Below are positions 38,539 to 47,325 of a stretch of 64,000 bases of DNA, piece after piece. The stretch's first letter is position 1; each line of letters begins with the position of its first letter. The stretch lies in UHGV virus genome UHGV-0038492; one strand, given 5' to 3'. The position numbers and the translations under genes are program-made. A model generated the notes under the pieces. It was not told where the DNA came from. It saw only the letters and a list, made by a program, of their open reading frames with translations, and searched no databases. Origin of the DNA: a virus.

Positions 38539-39159
38539 GTGGCTGAACTGGTAGGAAAGGTACGCATTCACGAGCTACCGTCACTTTCAGAAGACATTAC
38601 TGGTGTGGTGGTGTTAGCGTCTAAGGAACAAACCGAATACCAACTCCCGATTGAGAATTTAGGGGGTGGTGAGGTTACAGTGAGTCCGTCAGCGAATAAC
38701 ATCCTTAAGTCTAACAGCGATGGACTGTTTGTTGATGGCGCACATCCTATTGTACCGAAAATGGATGCAAAAACCTTATCGGGAAATATGGTGGTAGAAA
38801 AAACGCTGACAGGTGGTGCGGTAATCTGCAAAACAACGGTTGACGTTAATAATAGGCTGGGGATTTCGCAATTATCTGGGGTGTCAATTTATAGCCAGTG
38901 CCTGCTGGAAAATAAATTGGTTTACCTGGCAGAAGACGGCAGTATTATTGATGCGTACTTCTACATTAGTAATACAAAGAACACGGCCAGTACAATAACC
39001 CACACCATTCGGGTTGTCTTAGCGAAAGTACCTTCTAAAGTTGTCGATATCACCGATTTATCTGAAACTGAGGTGCAGTATCAGGATGCTAATTTGCCTG
39101 TTAAGATCGTTATTAAGCATCTTACAGGGACAACACTTTCCCAGAACGGAATGAAATAA
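38539..39159 (+). CDS. short tail-fibre-like protein with conserved N-terminal anchor motif
   Basis: GTG start after GGAGG; N-terminus MAELVGKVRIHELPSLSEDITGVVVLASKEQTEYQL homologous to ORFs 28389 and 31938; terminator downstream. Confidence 0.65.
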   Translation: MAELVGKVRIHELPSLSEDITGVVVLASKEQTEYQLPIENLGGGEVTVSPSANNILKSNSDGLFVDGAHPIVPKMDAKTLSGNMVVEKTLTGGAVICKTTVDVNNRLGISQLSGVSIYSQCLLENKLVYLAEDGSIIDAYFYISNTKNTASTITHTIRVVLAKVPSKVVDITDLSETEVQYQDANLPVKIVIKHLTGTTLSQNGMK

Positions 39160-39163
39160 GTTA

Positions 39164-39210
39164 TAGGTAGTAGGGGCTAAGCCCCTACTACCTTTCTTTT
39201 TTTTTATTTT
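39164..39210 (+). terminator. intrinsic terminator
   Basis: GTAGTAGGGGC-TAA-GCCCCTACTAC then T-run; ends the fibre module. Confidence 0.75.
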
Positions 39211-39258
39211 TTCTCAGATATATATTACCTAGAGGAGAGCGAAATTTACATTCGCTCT
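39209..39258 (+). promoter_or_regulatory. promoter-like motif TTTTCTCAGATATATATTACCTAG followed by hairpin (copy 2)
   Basis: Identical core to copy 1; hairpin AGAGCGAA...TTCGCTCT; sits after a terminator and ~50 nt before ORF 39286. Confidence 0.55.
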
Positions 39259-39285
39259 ATTAGTTATAGCCGAAAGGAGGATTAG

Positions 39286-40137
39286 ATGTATCACCCGTAT
39301 TATCTCCCGCACATTCTAGCAAATAGGGACCCTGATTACTACTACGAACAAACAAAAGGATCTTTTAATCGGCTCTACATTCGCGAATTTAATACCGATG
39401 AAATGACGGACGACCAGTATCTGGAGTATCTAAAAGACCTTTACGGTTTTTCAAAATCGAATAAAGGTGACTTTGGACGTTCCGCAGTCATTAGGGTTGG
39501 TGAATATCGACATTTGGCTAAGCCTGTTACGTATCCTATTGTTACACGCGCCTATACATCGGATAGGCAATATATTGCTGAACTAAAATTTCCTTTACGG
39601 ATAGACGGGCCCCAAATTAGCGCTATAGAAGTAGAGATTCAACCAATTGCTGAAGACTATATTGAAGACTACTTCAAGAAAGCTAAAGACGTACTCGAGG
39701 AGGGTTTAAGCTACTCTGAAGAAGGAACGATTTGTCTTCTCTCGTTACTCTCGAAGACTTATGTCACAGCAAATTTCCGTATCTCCGATTCCAGTAACTA
39801 CAATACACTTACCCCCTCTAAAACAAAACCTGTTTATTGGGACGATCGGTTAGTCGACAGACAACGCTGGCTTACTATCTTAGATAAAGTAAAATTCGAA
39901 CCCCCTAAACACACCGAAGACGATTTTATTTTATTGCACAACTTTGAACCAATTTATATTCCGACGCATTTTGATCAAGCCTTACGTCATCGGTTGAAGT
40001 ATGTGTTGGAATTACGGTACGGAAAGATAAACGGACTAACCTGTTCCGGTGAATTGGGTGAAGAAGAACGCGAGAAGATAAAAATCGTGTTTGATAAGTT
40101 GGTTGAAGATTACATTAAGAAGGAAGGACAAATATGA
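39286..40137 (+). CDS. hypothetical protein (first gene after promoter-like motif)
   Basis: AAAGGAGG RBS; 283 aa. Confidence 0.65.
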   Translation: MYHPYYLPHILANRDPDYYYEQTKGSFNRLYIREFNTDEMTDDQYLEYLKDLYGFSKSNKGDFGRSAVIRVGEYRHLAKPVTYPIVTRAYTSDRQYIAELKFPLRIDGPQISAIEVEIQPIAEDYIEDYFKKAKDVLEEGLSYSEEGTICLLSLLSKTYVTANFRISDSSNYNTLTPSKTKPVYWDDRLVDRQRWLTILDKVKFEPPKHTEDDFILLHNFEPIYIPTHFDQALRHRLKYVLELRYGKINGLTCSGELGEEEREKIKIVFDKLVEDYIKKEGQI

Positions 40138-40577
40138 AACCAAATACTACTAATGGCATTATGCTACTTTGTGATTCTGAAACGTTAGCAAACCGTATTC
40201 GTGGTTTGATGGAAGTACGTTGGAAGCAAAAGGTTCGCGTGGACTATGCTGCACCGTTTGTTCACGTTACTTGGTTACCAGAAGCTAACGATTTCAAAGA
40301 AAATATCACCACGAAAAGAATTAAAAATTGGTTAATGGCAATCATTAACAAACAGATTACCGTTATCAATTTCCAGTTGTTCGGTAGTAAAGAAGAACAT
40401 GAAACCTTAAAACGCTGTTTAAGGGGATTGGATCTTGCCTTTTCTGTTCGTGGAAACTGTTACACAGCGTTCTTCATCGGTTCTCTTGAGTTATTTCAGG
40501 GAACATTAAACATTCAACTAAAAGAAGATTACGGGATTGTAAATAAGATTGATTTCGAATTCCCAGCAATGATTTAA
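40134..40577 (+). CDS. hypothetical protein
   Basis: ATGA overlap; 147 aa. Confidence 0.6.
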   Translation: MKPNTTNGIMLLCDSETLANRIRGLMEVRWKQKVRVDYAAPFVHVTWLPEANDFKENITTKRIKNWLMAIINKQITVINFQLFGSKEEHETLKRCLRGLDLAFSVRGNCYTAFFIGSLELFQGTLNIQLKEDYGIVNKIDFEFPAMI

Positions 40578-40588
40578 GGAGTAGTAAC

Positions 40589-41431
40589 ATGTTTCAGTTC
40601 GAACTAACCGAAGAAGAAAAGGTTATCAACAAGTTTAAAATTTCCCCTATCCCTACTGAAGAACAAATTAAGGAAATCGCTGAGCTACAAAACACGTACA
40701 CGTTTTACTATAAAGTTAAATCAGAAGCGTTTAACATTTTCTGGGTAGAAGGCGAGGTCGATTTCCCTAACAAGCTCATTAGTGCGGTTATGGATATTTT
40801 AGTACGGCCTGTTGAGACGCCTAAAGATCCAGAAATTCCGGATCAAATGACTTGTAGGCTAAAAGACAAGCCAACTGCGAAAGACGTCGCTTACTTCACA
40901 GACGAGATTCTACTTACCCCAAAACAAGCAGGCAAAGTTGAACCAATAATAGACCTTTTTTTCAGTGACGAATTCACTTATGTGGCTGAAGACAACAAGC
41001 TAAAAGTGAGCTATGAGAGTGCTTGTTGTCACTCTCTTTTAAAAGATCTATTGGAAGACATAGAGGATGAAAGAATTCTGCTATTTACCGTTGAAAATAT
41101 TACCGAACTCGATGCTGATGTATTTATCCACGACGTGGATGATGAAATTGGACGTTTTGTAATGGCAATTTGTCAACAAAAATATCTTGAAGGTAACTTG
41201 CATCTCTTGGTCAAAAACGAACCACGGGTTCTTAAAGTTTTGAAGTCCCATGTACGGAAAATTAAGAGAAATAATGAATTATATAAACGTGTTTTCGAGA
41301 AATACGAAAAGGAAGTCAGACAACGTTTTTCACGCCATTGTTCCGGCTGGTTCGAAAATCACGGTGTGGAACTCGCCCAGCTGTTTGATCAGTTTTATAA
41401 TGAGATGAGGAAGATTCAAGATCTTAAATAA
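40589..41431 (+). CDS. hypothetical protein
   Basis: AAGGAG RBS; 280 aa. Confidence 0.65.
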   Translation: MFQFELTEEEKVINKFKISPIPTEEQIKEIAELQNTYTFYYKVKSEAFNIFWVEGEVDFPNKLISAVMDILVRPVETPKDPEIPDQMTCRLKDKPTAKDVAYFTDEILLTPKQAGKVEPIIDLFFSDEFTYVAEDNKLKVSYESACCHSLLKDLLEDIEDERILLFTVENITELDADVFIHDVDDEIGRFVMAICQQKYLEGNLHLLVKNEPRVLKVLKSHVRKIKRNNELYKRVFEKYEKEVRQRFSRHCSGWFENHGVELAQLFDQFYNEMRKIQDLK

Positions 41432-41465
41432 AGGGTTGAAACCCACTTTCGATAATTATTAAACA

Positions 41466-41487
41466 GGGGAATTTACCCCCCCCCTCC
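41466..41487 (+). other. GGGGA...C9 homopolymer hairpin
   Basis: GGGGAATTTACCCCCCCCC about 30 nt before ATG 41518. Confidence 0.5.
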
Positions 41488-41517
41488 ACATAGAGTAAAT
41501 CCCTAAAGGAGCATTAA

Positions 41518-42033
41518 ATGTCTGTAACAATCAACATGAATCTTTATACCAAACGTGAACGTCAAATCTTGGCTAATCAGCCAGGCGTTACTACTATCGA
41601 CGGTAAACCTATCGACCCATTAAAAGTCGTTGTCGCACACAACTGTTTCGAGAAAGACTGGGACATCATGTATTTCCGTTGCCGTTCTGTCGCAAACGCA
41701 CTTACCCAGCTCTCGAATTATCATCCTGGTCCAGTATTAAAAGACTGGGTTTGGTTAGTCCCTAAAACACCTTCAGCGATTGAGTATCCGTCGGGTATGG
41801 TCTATATTCGTCCTGTCGCTTATCCAGAACGTTTAAAAGAATATCTGGAGGTTATCTGGGACCGACCTCGTAAAGAGCTGGTGACGATTATCCGTTTACT
41901 TCAAATGTGCGATATCCCCAATGTTTCGAATCTGAAACTTACGTCTCGCGATGTTAACCAGGCTTACTGGGAACTGGAGTGGACTGAAATGAAATTCGAA
42001 AACACTAACCGCATTTTCTTGCACCGGGGGTAA
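41518..42033 (+). CDS. hypothetical protein
   Basis: AAAGGAG RBS; 171 aa. Confidence 0.65.
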   Translation: MSVTINMNLYTKRERQILANQPGVTTIDGKPIDPLKVVVAHNCFEKDWDIMYFRCRSVANALTQLSNYHPGPVLKDWVWLVPKTPSAIEYPSGMVYIRPVAYPERLKEYLEVIWDRPRKELVTIIRLLQMCDIPNVSNLKLTSRDVNQAYWELEWTEMKFENTNRIFLHRG

Positions 42034-42035
42034 AA

Positions 42036-42317
42036 ATGTTAGATTGGTTGTTGGGCTTAATTAACTCACGTCAACAGGAGCTTTATAAAGAAAACACGCG
42101 GTTACGGCAGCAGCTTAGTAACAATCGTCAAACCAAACGACAATTAATTCGGATGGTAAAACAACAGGCGCGCTGTATACGCGATATCGATTATCAGTAT
42201 CACCGTCTGAATACCTTAGACCCAACAACAAAAGCTTTAGGTAGTACGATTGGACACGCACGTAAAGTCAGTCACGATGCGTTAGTTCGAATCGATACAG
42301 TCGAAGAGAAACTGTGA
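42036..42317 (+). CDS. small coiled-coil protein
   Basis: 93 aa, Gln/Arg-rich helical; hairpin downstream. Confidence 0.55.
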   Translation: MLDWLLGLINSRQQELYKENTRLRQQLSNNRQTKRQLIRMVKQQARCIRDIDYQYHRLNTLDPTTKALGSTIGHARKVSHDALVRIDTVEEKL

Positions 42318-42321
42318 TTAG

Positions 42322-42348
42322 CTCTCCCTCGGGATTACCGAGGGAGAT
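42322..42348 (+). terminator. hairpin (no T-run)
   Basis: CTCTCCCTCGG-GATTA-CCGAGGGAGA. Confidence 0.35.
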
Positions 42349-42360
42349 AAGGCGATTTAC

Positions 42361-42750
42361 ATGATGCGTTTATCTTACATTAAAAGACGTTTGTTACTAA
42401 AAGCTCAACTGTATGCTAACGGGAAAGTTAAAAACTGGCTATGCGGTGAAAGGGTACAACGTATCGTTAGTGAGGGCGACTGGTATACAGAAATCGTGGT
42501 TTCACCAAACGGTGAGCTTATAAACGTTACTATTCGTGACGTTTTAGTTAAGATTGGCAGGGCAGGTGGCCTGCTGTTTGAATCGGAAACTACAAAAGTC
42601 GTTGCTAAACAATTGAAAGAAGGTCGGGTTATATTCAATGTCACCGCCCAGAAATATTACGACCATTTATTCGAATGTCAACGAGCTTTGGACAGAATGA
42701 CCCGTGAGATGCGAAGAATGCACATCACGGAGATCACTATAGGGGTTTAA
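42361..42750 (+). CDS. hypothetical protein
   Basis: 129-aa ORF. Confidence 0.6.
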   Translation: MMRLSYIKRRLLLKAQLYANGKVKNWLCGERVQRIVSEGDWYTEIVVSPNGELINVTIRDVLVKIGRAGGLLFESETTKVVAKQLKEGRVIFNVTAQKYYDHLFECQRALDRMTREMRRMHITEITIGV

Positions 42751-43061
42751 TGATGGAAAGTAAAATCACGAACACAACGACACCTGAGAACATTGTCAAC
42801 TACATTCTCAGTGGCGGGTTATTAGAAGACAACAAAGAAACGTGCGATAAACTCGTTTCTCAACTACTGCCGATTCGTTCAGAATACTGCGAAGTCGTTA
42901 TCCTGGGTTCTGAGTATTGCGTACGTTCCTACTGTCGTCGTTTCGAAGCCTTACGTGTTCCACGTACGTTAGGTGGCGTGATACTCTTAGTCTCTAACTT
43001 TCACAATGCACACGTTCGTGTTGCAACCTGGATTGCTAACGGTGGTGACAATGGTTTTTAA
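42750..43061 (+). CDS. hypothetical protein
   Basis: 103 aa; ATG overlaps upstream stop. Confidence 0.55.
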   Translation: MMESKITNTTTPENIVNYILSGGLLEDNKETCDKLVSQLLPIRSEYCEVVILGSEYCVRSYCRRFEALRVPRTLGGVILLVSNFHNAHVRVATWIANGGDNGF

Positions 43062-43359
43062 ATTGTTAGGTTTCGGAAAATGCAAAGAGTGCGCAAAGCA
43101 CGAAGAATATATCAAGTTATTAGAAGAAACGGTTGAAACGCAAAAAGAACTTATCTCTGAATACCGCGCGAAAACCGGTTCAGTGGAATATCTGACCATC
43201 CTTGTTTGTGCTATTGCTGAATTGGGTTGTGAGGGAAAATTACCTAAAGAAGAGATATTAAAATTATTAAAAGAAAAAACAGAGTTCTACCGTAAAGAAA
43301 TTGATGATTATAAACGTGAAGTTATAAGAGCGAATTGGGAGGTTATTAATGAAGCGTGA
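43051..43359 (+). CDS. hypothetical protein
   Basis: ATG at 43051 overlapping upstream gene end; 102 aa. Confidence 0.55.
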   Translation: MVFKLLGFGKCKECAKHEEYIKLLEETVETQKELISEYRAKTGSVEYLTILVCAIAELGCEGKLPKEEILKLLKEKTEFYRKEIDDYKREVIRANWEVINEA

Positions 43360-43630
43360 AACAGTTGTATTTCGTAGCAACGGTGATGTGGTTTTGTATC
43401 GTGGTAAGAAACGTATTCGTACGTTAGAATACCGAGAAGCAAAACGTTTTGTTGAAGAGTGTGCATGGTTAATGCATTACGAAGGGAACTATCGAGCTAT
43501 CTTAGAAGCACCGCGTTTAGAACGTGCGGTTGCACAGATGGCAATAGGTAATCCTAAGAACTGTTACCTGGCACGTAAGCCAAAATACCTACAGCGGCTT
43601 TCGTTAGGCAGCTTTATTGCTGGATTTTAA
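43349..43630 (+). CDS. hypothetical protein
   Basis: 93 aa; overlaps upstream gene end. Confidence 0.55.
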   Translation: MKRETVVFRSNGDVVLYRGKKRIRTLEYREAKRFVEECAWLMHYEGNYRAILEAPRLERAVAQMAIGNPKNCYLARKPKYLQRLSLGSFIAGF

Positions 43631-43637
43631 TAAAAAT

Positions 43638-43682
43638 AATTTCAGATATATATTACCTAGGTGAGAGTTCAGCTACTCTCAC
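43638..43682 (+). promoter_or_regulatory. promoter-like motif ATTTCAGATATATATTACCTAG followed by hairpin (copy 3)
   Basis: Identical 18-nt core; hairpin GTGAGAG...CTCTCAC; ~50 nt before ORF 43712. Confidence 0.55.
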
Positions 43683-43711
43683 TTAACTAAACCATTTTAG
43701 GAGCATATACC

Positions 43712-44206
43712 ATGAACTTCACTAGACTTGATTACACTAACGAATTAGTTGACAAAGAAAAATACAAATTCACCGTTGATTTGGGTTACGGATTACTGGA
43801 CGTAGAAAAAGATGTTCTGCACAAAGAATTCCGTGAGCAGTTCGGTGCTTTGTTCTGCGCAGGTTTCCGCAGAAACACTATTGATATCGGCTATAGCGCA
43901 ACAGCGTATACCGACGAAGAAATGTTTAAGCTGGTAACACAGATTGTCGGAACGCGTGGAGCCAAACGACTCAACTATTCCAATGAGCTTGTTTCGAAAG
44001 AACATTACAAGTTCACCGTTAGACTACCTGTTCACCTCACAGAAGAAGATAAGAACATCCTCTATAAAGCTCTTCAAACCGAATTCGGTAAAACGCTCAA
44101 AGTAGGGTTCCGTAGTCGTAGTATCGACATCGGGATTAGTGTAGACGTATGCAGTGACGATGACCTTTACGAACTAGTTTCGGAAGTTATCGGAAAACAT
44201 CTTTAA
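43712..44206 (+). CDS. hypothetical protein built from two tandem ~78-aa repeats
   Basis: Two halves align (YTNELVDKEKYKFTVDLGYGLL...FRRNTIDIGYS versus YSNELVSKEHYKFTVRLPVHL...FRSRSIDIGIS); preceded by promoter-like motif. Confidence 0.65.
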   Translation: MNFTRLDYTNELVDKEKYKFTVDLGYGLLDVEKDVLHKEFREQFGALFCAGFRRNTIDIGYSATAYTDEEMFKLVTQIVGTRGAKRLNYSNELVSKEHYKFTVRLPVHLTEEDKNILYKALQTEFGKTLKVGFRSRSIDIGISVDVCSDDDLYELVSEVIGKHL

Positions 44207-44250
44207 CGTAAATTAACACTTCGACTTGTAAATCTAAAAGGAAAAATAAA

Positions 44251-45042
44251 ATGGCTACTTTAACTATTGCTAATACTCTTACTCCTCGTAAAATGAAACG
44301 TCTTACGACTTTTATCTCTCGCTGCACACCTAGCGTCAAATTGGAAACGACCTCTGACAAAATCACGTTTTGGACTTATAGTGACGTAGAACTTGAAACT
44401 GTGAAAGGGTTTGTTAATGGGCTAGTTGAAAATACCGCATCATCGCTCGTTATTAGCTTCACTAGCGAAAATAGCGAGATGAACGAAGCAACAATTTCGG
44501 ATGCAATCTATTACGCGACTGGCAATAATTTTGATACCGCCGACAGACTTAATCTTTCTAATAACCTTTGTAAAATCGACGACAAGACTTACATCCTATA
44601 TTTTAATAGTCCGTTCCCACAAATCGGAGGTTTTAAACATTATCTTTCAATGAAACCTATCTTGGGTATAGAAGTTTTCTCTACGGATCTTGAAGACAAT
44701 GTACAGCTAAACCGTATTCGTTATCGCGGTAAACGTCCAACCGAAACAGATTCTGAATACGGTGCTTGTGCTGAATATATTCTGGTTCATAAAGATCGCT
44801 TCGCTTACTACAACCAAGACGATATTGAACGTCTTGTAGAAGCCGTCAATTTATACACTCGTGATTTTGCATTCCGATTGGTTTATAACACTTATCCGAA
44901 TGGTGTAACGGCTTTCTATATCCCTCCCTACCTTTTCGACAAGGTTTATTGTATTCTGTCTAAAGAACTGGAAAAAATTAAACCGGTTTTCGTGGGCGAA
45001 GACGCTATGGCTTATATCAGGAGTGGTGCTAATGTCCTCTAA
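44251..45042 (+). CDS. hypothetical protein
   Basis: 263-aa ORF. Confidence 0.65.
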   Translation: MATLTIANTLTPRKMKRLTTFISRCTPSVKLETTSDKITFWTYSDVELETVKGFVNGLVENTASSLVISFTSENSEMNEATISDAIYYATGNNFDTADRLNLSNNLCKIDDKTYILYFNSPFPQIGGFKHYLSMKPILGIEVFSTDLEDNVQLNRIRYRGKRPTETDSEYGACAEYILVHKDRFAYYNQDDIERLVEAVNLYTRDFAFRLVYNTYPNGVTAFYIPPYLFDKVYCILSKELEKIKPVFVGEDAMAYIRSGANVL

Positions 45043-45463
45043 ACTTAAAGATGAATTGCGTGATTACATTCGTAAATACCCAGCCAGTATTCCGGTACTG
45101 GCTTCACTCTCTTTATCGGGTATGGACCTTAATACCTTAACGGTAGAAAAATTCCACGAAGTGGTAAAATCGTCGTATCAAATTGTTACCGATATGTCAG
45201 TGCGGAAACGTGCTGACTACCCAGACGGTGATTTCGGTACAGAGATGTTCACAGACTACGCAGTTGCGTATCTGATGGGACGTCACTTTATCGATAAGCT
45301 CAATACAGCTGTAGAAGGAGAAACCGTTACGGAAATTGTCAATGCTTGGCAACAACGTATTGTGAGTGACGCTTACTGTCGTCAAGCCTTAAAGAAAATG
45401 TCGGCGGTAGCATTAACCAACGACCAACGTGCTTTAGAGTTCCTTAAGCACAATTACGAATAA
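45032..45463 (+). CDS. hypothetical protein, paralog A
   Basis: GGAG RBS; paralogous to ORF 46727 (shared N-terminal L-K-D-x-(L/I)-R-(D/N)-Y-I-R-K/N motif). Confidence 0.6.
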   Translation: MSSKLKDELRDYIRKYPASIPVLASLSLSGMDLNTLTVEKFHEVVKSSYQIVTDMSVRKRADYPDGDFGTEMFTDYAVAYLMGRHFIDKLNTAVEGETVTEIVNAWQQRIVSDAYCRQALKKMSAVALTNDQRALEFLKHNYE

Positions 45464-45484
45464 TTTACCAAAAGGAAAAGTACC

Positions 45485-46657
45485 ATGTTTAATATTGAGA
45501 TTACACCGCTCGTTAAAACTGAAATCCGTCCGGTTCCTGAAGCACAGTTACTCGATCAACTTTATCGTATATTCCTGGATAAAGGTGTGCATTTCCGTGT
45601 AGAACAGGTCAATGACGAAAGCATCGTGTTCTACTGGACTCACAGCAACGATTATCTTTGCGATACTATCGCGAAAGAAATTGGTGAGTTGCTCAACCCA
45701 GCAGCCACGAACGCCAAGGTAGAAACGACCGAGACTGAACAACCGAAAGTCGAAGAACAGCAGTGGCCTGAAACCAGCGCCGACAACCCGCTCGTCTATC
45801 GGTATGGTGCCGAAACGAATGAGAAAATTAAAGAAACATTAGAGGCTCTCTATCCTGATTATTTAACCATCAGTCAACAATGCGACGTGTTAGTTATCTG
45901 GATGAATGATTTCGAACCCAAGCTCATTAAAGCTATTCGCATCACCGTTGCACTGATCGTCAAAGACGCCGTTCGCCTTATTTCGTTTGAAGGTATCGGT
46001 CGACGTGACGCGGATGATTTCATGCGTGATGTCGTTCACGAACACAAGGAGAAAATTCTTCGGTCTAATTATGTTGGTGACACTCTAATTGTGCTTGTTG
46101 ATAATGATCCCGTTATTATTAATCAGCTGAACATCCGTATGCGTAAGTTAACAAAGAAAATTTTTCTTAAAGGGGAGCAATCGCTTGAAGAGTCCAAAGT
46201 GTCTAAAGTCTTTACTTACACTGGTCCAGATGCCAAAGCGATTAACGATACTTTGGCAGCTTTCTATTCTAGCAAAGTAGAGACTAAACTCGAGGGCGAA
46301 GAACTCACCATTAAATGGAAATGGTGGGACATTGCTCTTGAAGAAGAAATTCATAGTCTTATTAAAGAGATTGTTGACAATCGTCTACGTCTTCTAACAA
46401 TCACTACTATCGGTGGAGAAGATGCCGATGCGTTTATAAGCGGGGTTCTTCGCGCGTATCCTGAGAAAGTCCGTCAATGGACTTACAATGACGATACACT
46501 TATCATCCTGCTCAACTATGAACCTGGCCTTATTGGGAAATTGAAGGATCGTCTACGCGATCTGTGGTACAAACGATTTCTTAAGGATGGGTCGAAAGAG
46601 CTCATTAAACGATTGTTTTCTGATTGCAACTGTCCTATATGTCAGAAGCATCGCTAA
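45485..46657 (+). CDS. hypothetical protein
   Basis: 390-aa ORF; C-terminal CNCPICQKH. Confidence 0.65.
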   Translation: MFNIEITPLVKTEIRPVPEAQLLDQLYRIFLDKGVHFRVEQVNDESIVFYWTHSNDYLCDTIAKEIGELLNPAATNAKVETTETEQPKVEEQQWPETSADNPLVYRYGAETNEKIKETLEALYPDYLTISQQCDVLVIWMNDFEPKLIKAIRITVALIVKDAVRLISFEGIGRRDADDFMRDVVHEHKEKILRSNYVGDTLIVLVDNDPVIINQLNIRMRKLTKKIFLKGEQSLEESKVSKVFTYTGPDAKAINDTLAAFYSSKVETKLEGEELTIKWKWWDIALEEEIHSLIKEIVDNRLRLLTITTIGGEDADAFISGVLRAYPEKVRQWTYNDDTLIILLNYEPGLIGKLKDRLRDLWYKRFLKDGSKELIKRLFSDCNCPICQKHR

Positions 46658-46674
46658 TTAACTAAATTCGTACA

Positions 46675-46710
46675 AGGGGTGGTTTACCACCCCTCTATTA
46701 TTGTATTTAC
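46675..46710 (+). terminator. intrinsic terminator (weak T tract)
   Basis: AGGGGTGG-TTTA-CCACCCCT. Confidence 0.5.
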
Positions 46711-46726
46711 CTAAAGGAGTATTAAA

Positions 46727-47158
46727 ATGTTTTTCGTATTAAAAGATGATATTCGTAACTACATTCGTAACAATCCGATTGCTCTAGGCGTTTTAGCAGG
46801 TTTCTGTCGTCCAAATACTGACTTCGATTTAGTTAAGTTAGAAGAATATCAAGAAATTGTGAATACTACCTACCTGCACATCTGTAGCTGGGGTAAACGT
46901 CCTCGTGAAGAGTACCCTGTGGGTGAGTTAGGTGACACCATGCACCGTGACCAGAATCTGATGCACGAATTCGTTGAATACACACTGGAAAATCTTAACT
47001 ATCCGCTCCTGGTCGACACTGTACCAGAAATGGTTGACGAATGGTTAAAACGTGTTTATAGCGATCCTACCGCCAACAAGTTACTGAGCCAGATGTCACA
47101 AACTTCTCGTGACATCGACACTCGTACGCTGATGTACTTAGCACATAATGTTCGCTAA
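46727..47158 (+). CDS. hypothetical protein, paralog B
   Basis: AAAGGAG RBS; paralog of ORF 45032; terminator downstream. Confidence 0.6.
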   Translation: MFFVLKDDIRNYIRNNPIALGVLAGFCRPNTDFDLVKLEEYQEIVNTTYLHICSWGKRPREEYPVGELGDTMHRDQNLMHEFVEYTLENLNYPLLVDTVPEMVDEWLKRVYSDPTANKLLSQMSQTSRDIDTRTLMYLAHNVR

Positions 47159-47165
47159 CCTCTTT

Positions 47166-47220
47166 CCGCTATAGGCTTCGGTCTATAGCGGAATTAATTT
47201 TCTTCCCCTTTTCTTTTTTT
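47166..47220 (+). terminator. intrinsic terminator
   Basis: CCGCTATAG...CTATAGCGG hairpin then T-rich tract. Confidence 0.6.
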
Positions 47221-47325
47221 GTTATTTTGACACCACTTTACTTACACCCTACCCGACTATTCCTATGCTGGCTGAGGGATGTAAAACGACCTCTTAAACC
47301 TTTTTACTTACTGTGAGTTAACGCG

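Noticed and set aside
47227-47260. Sigma70-like promoter (TTGACA) upstream of ORF 47326
   Set aside because: No acceptable -10 hexamer at 16-18 nt spacing; cannot be supported from sequence alone.
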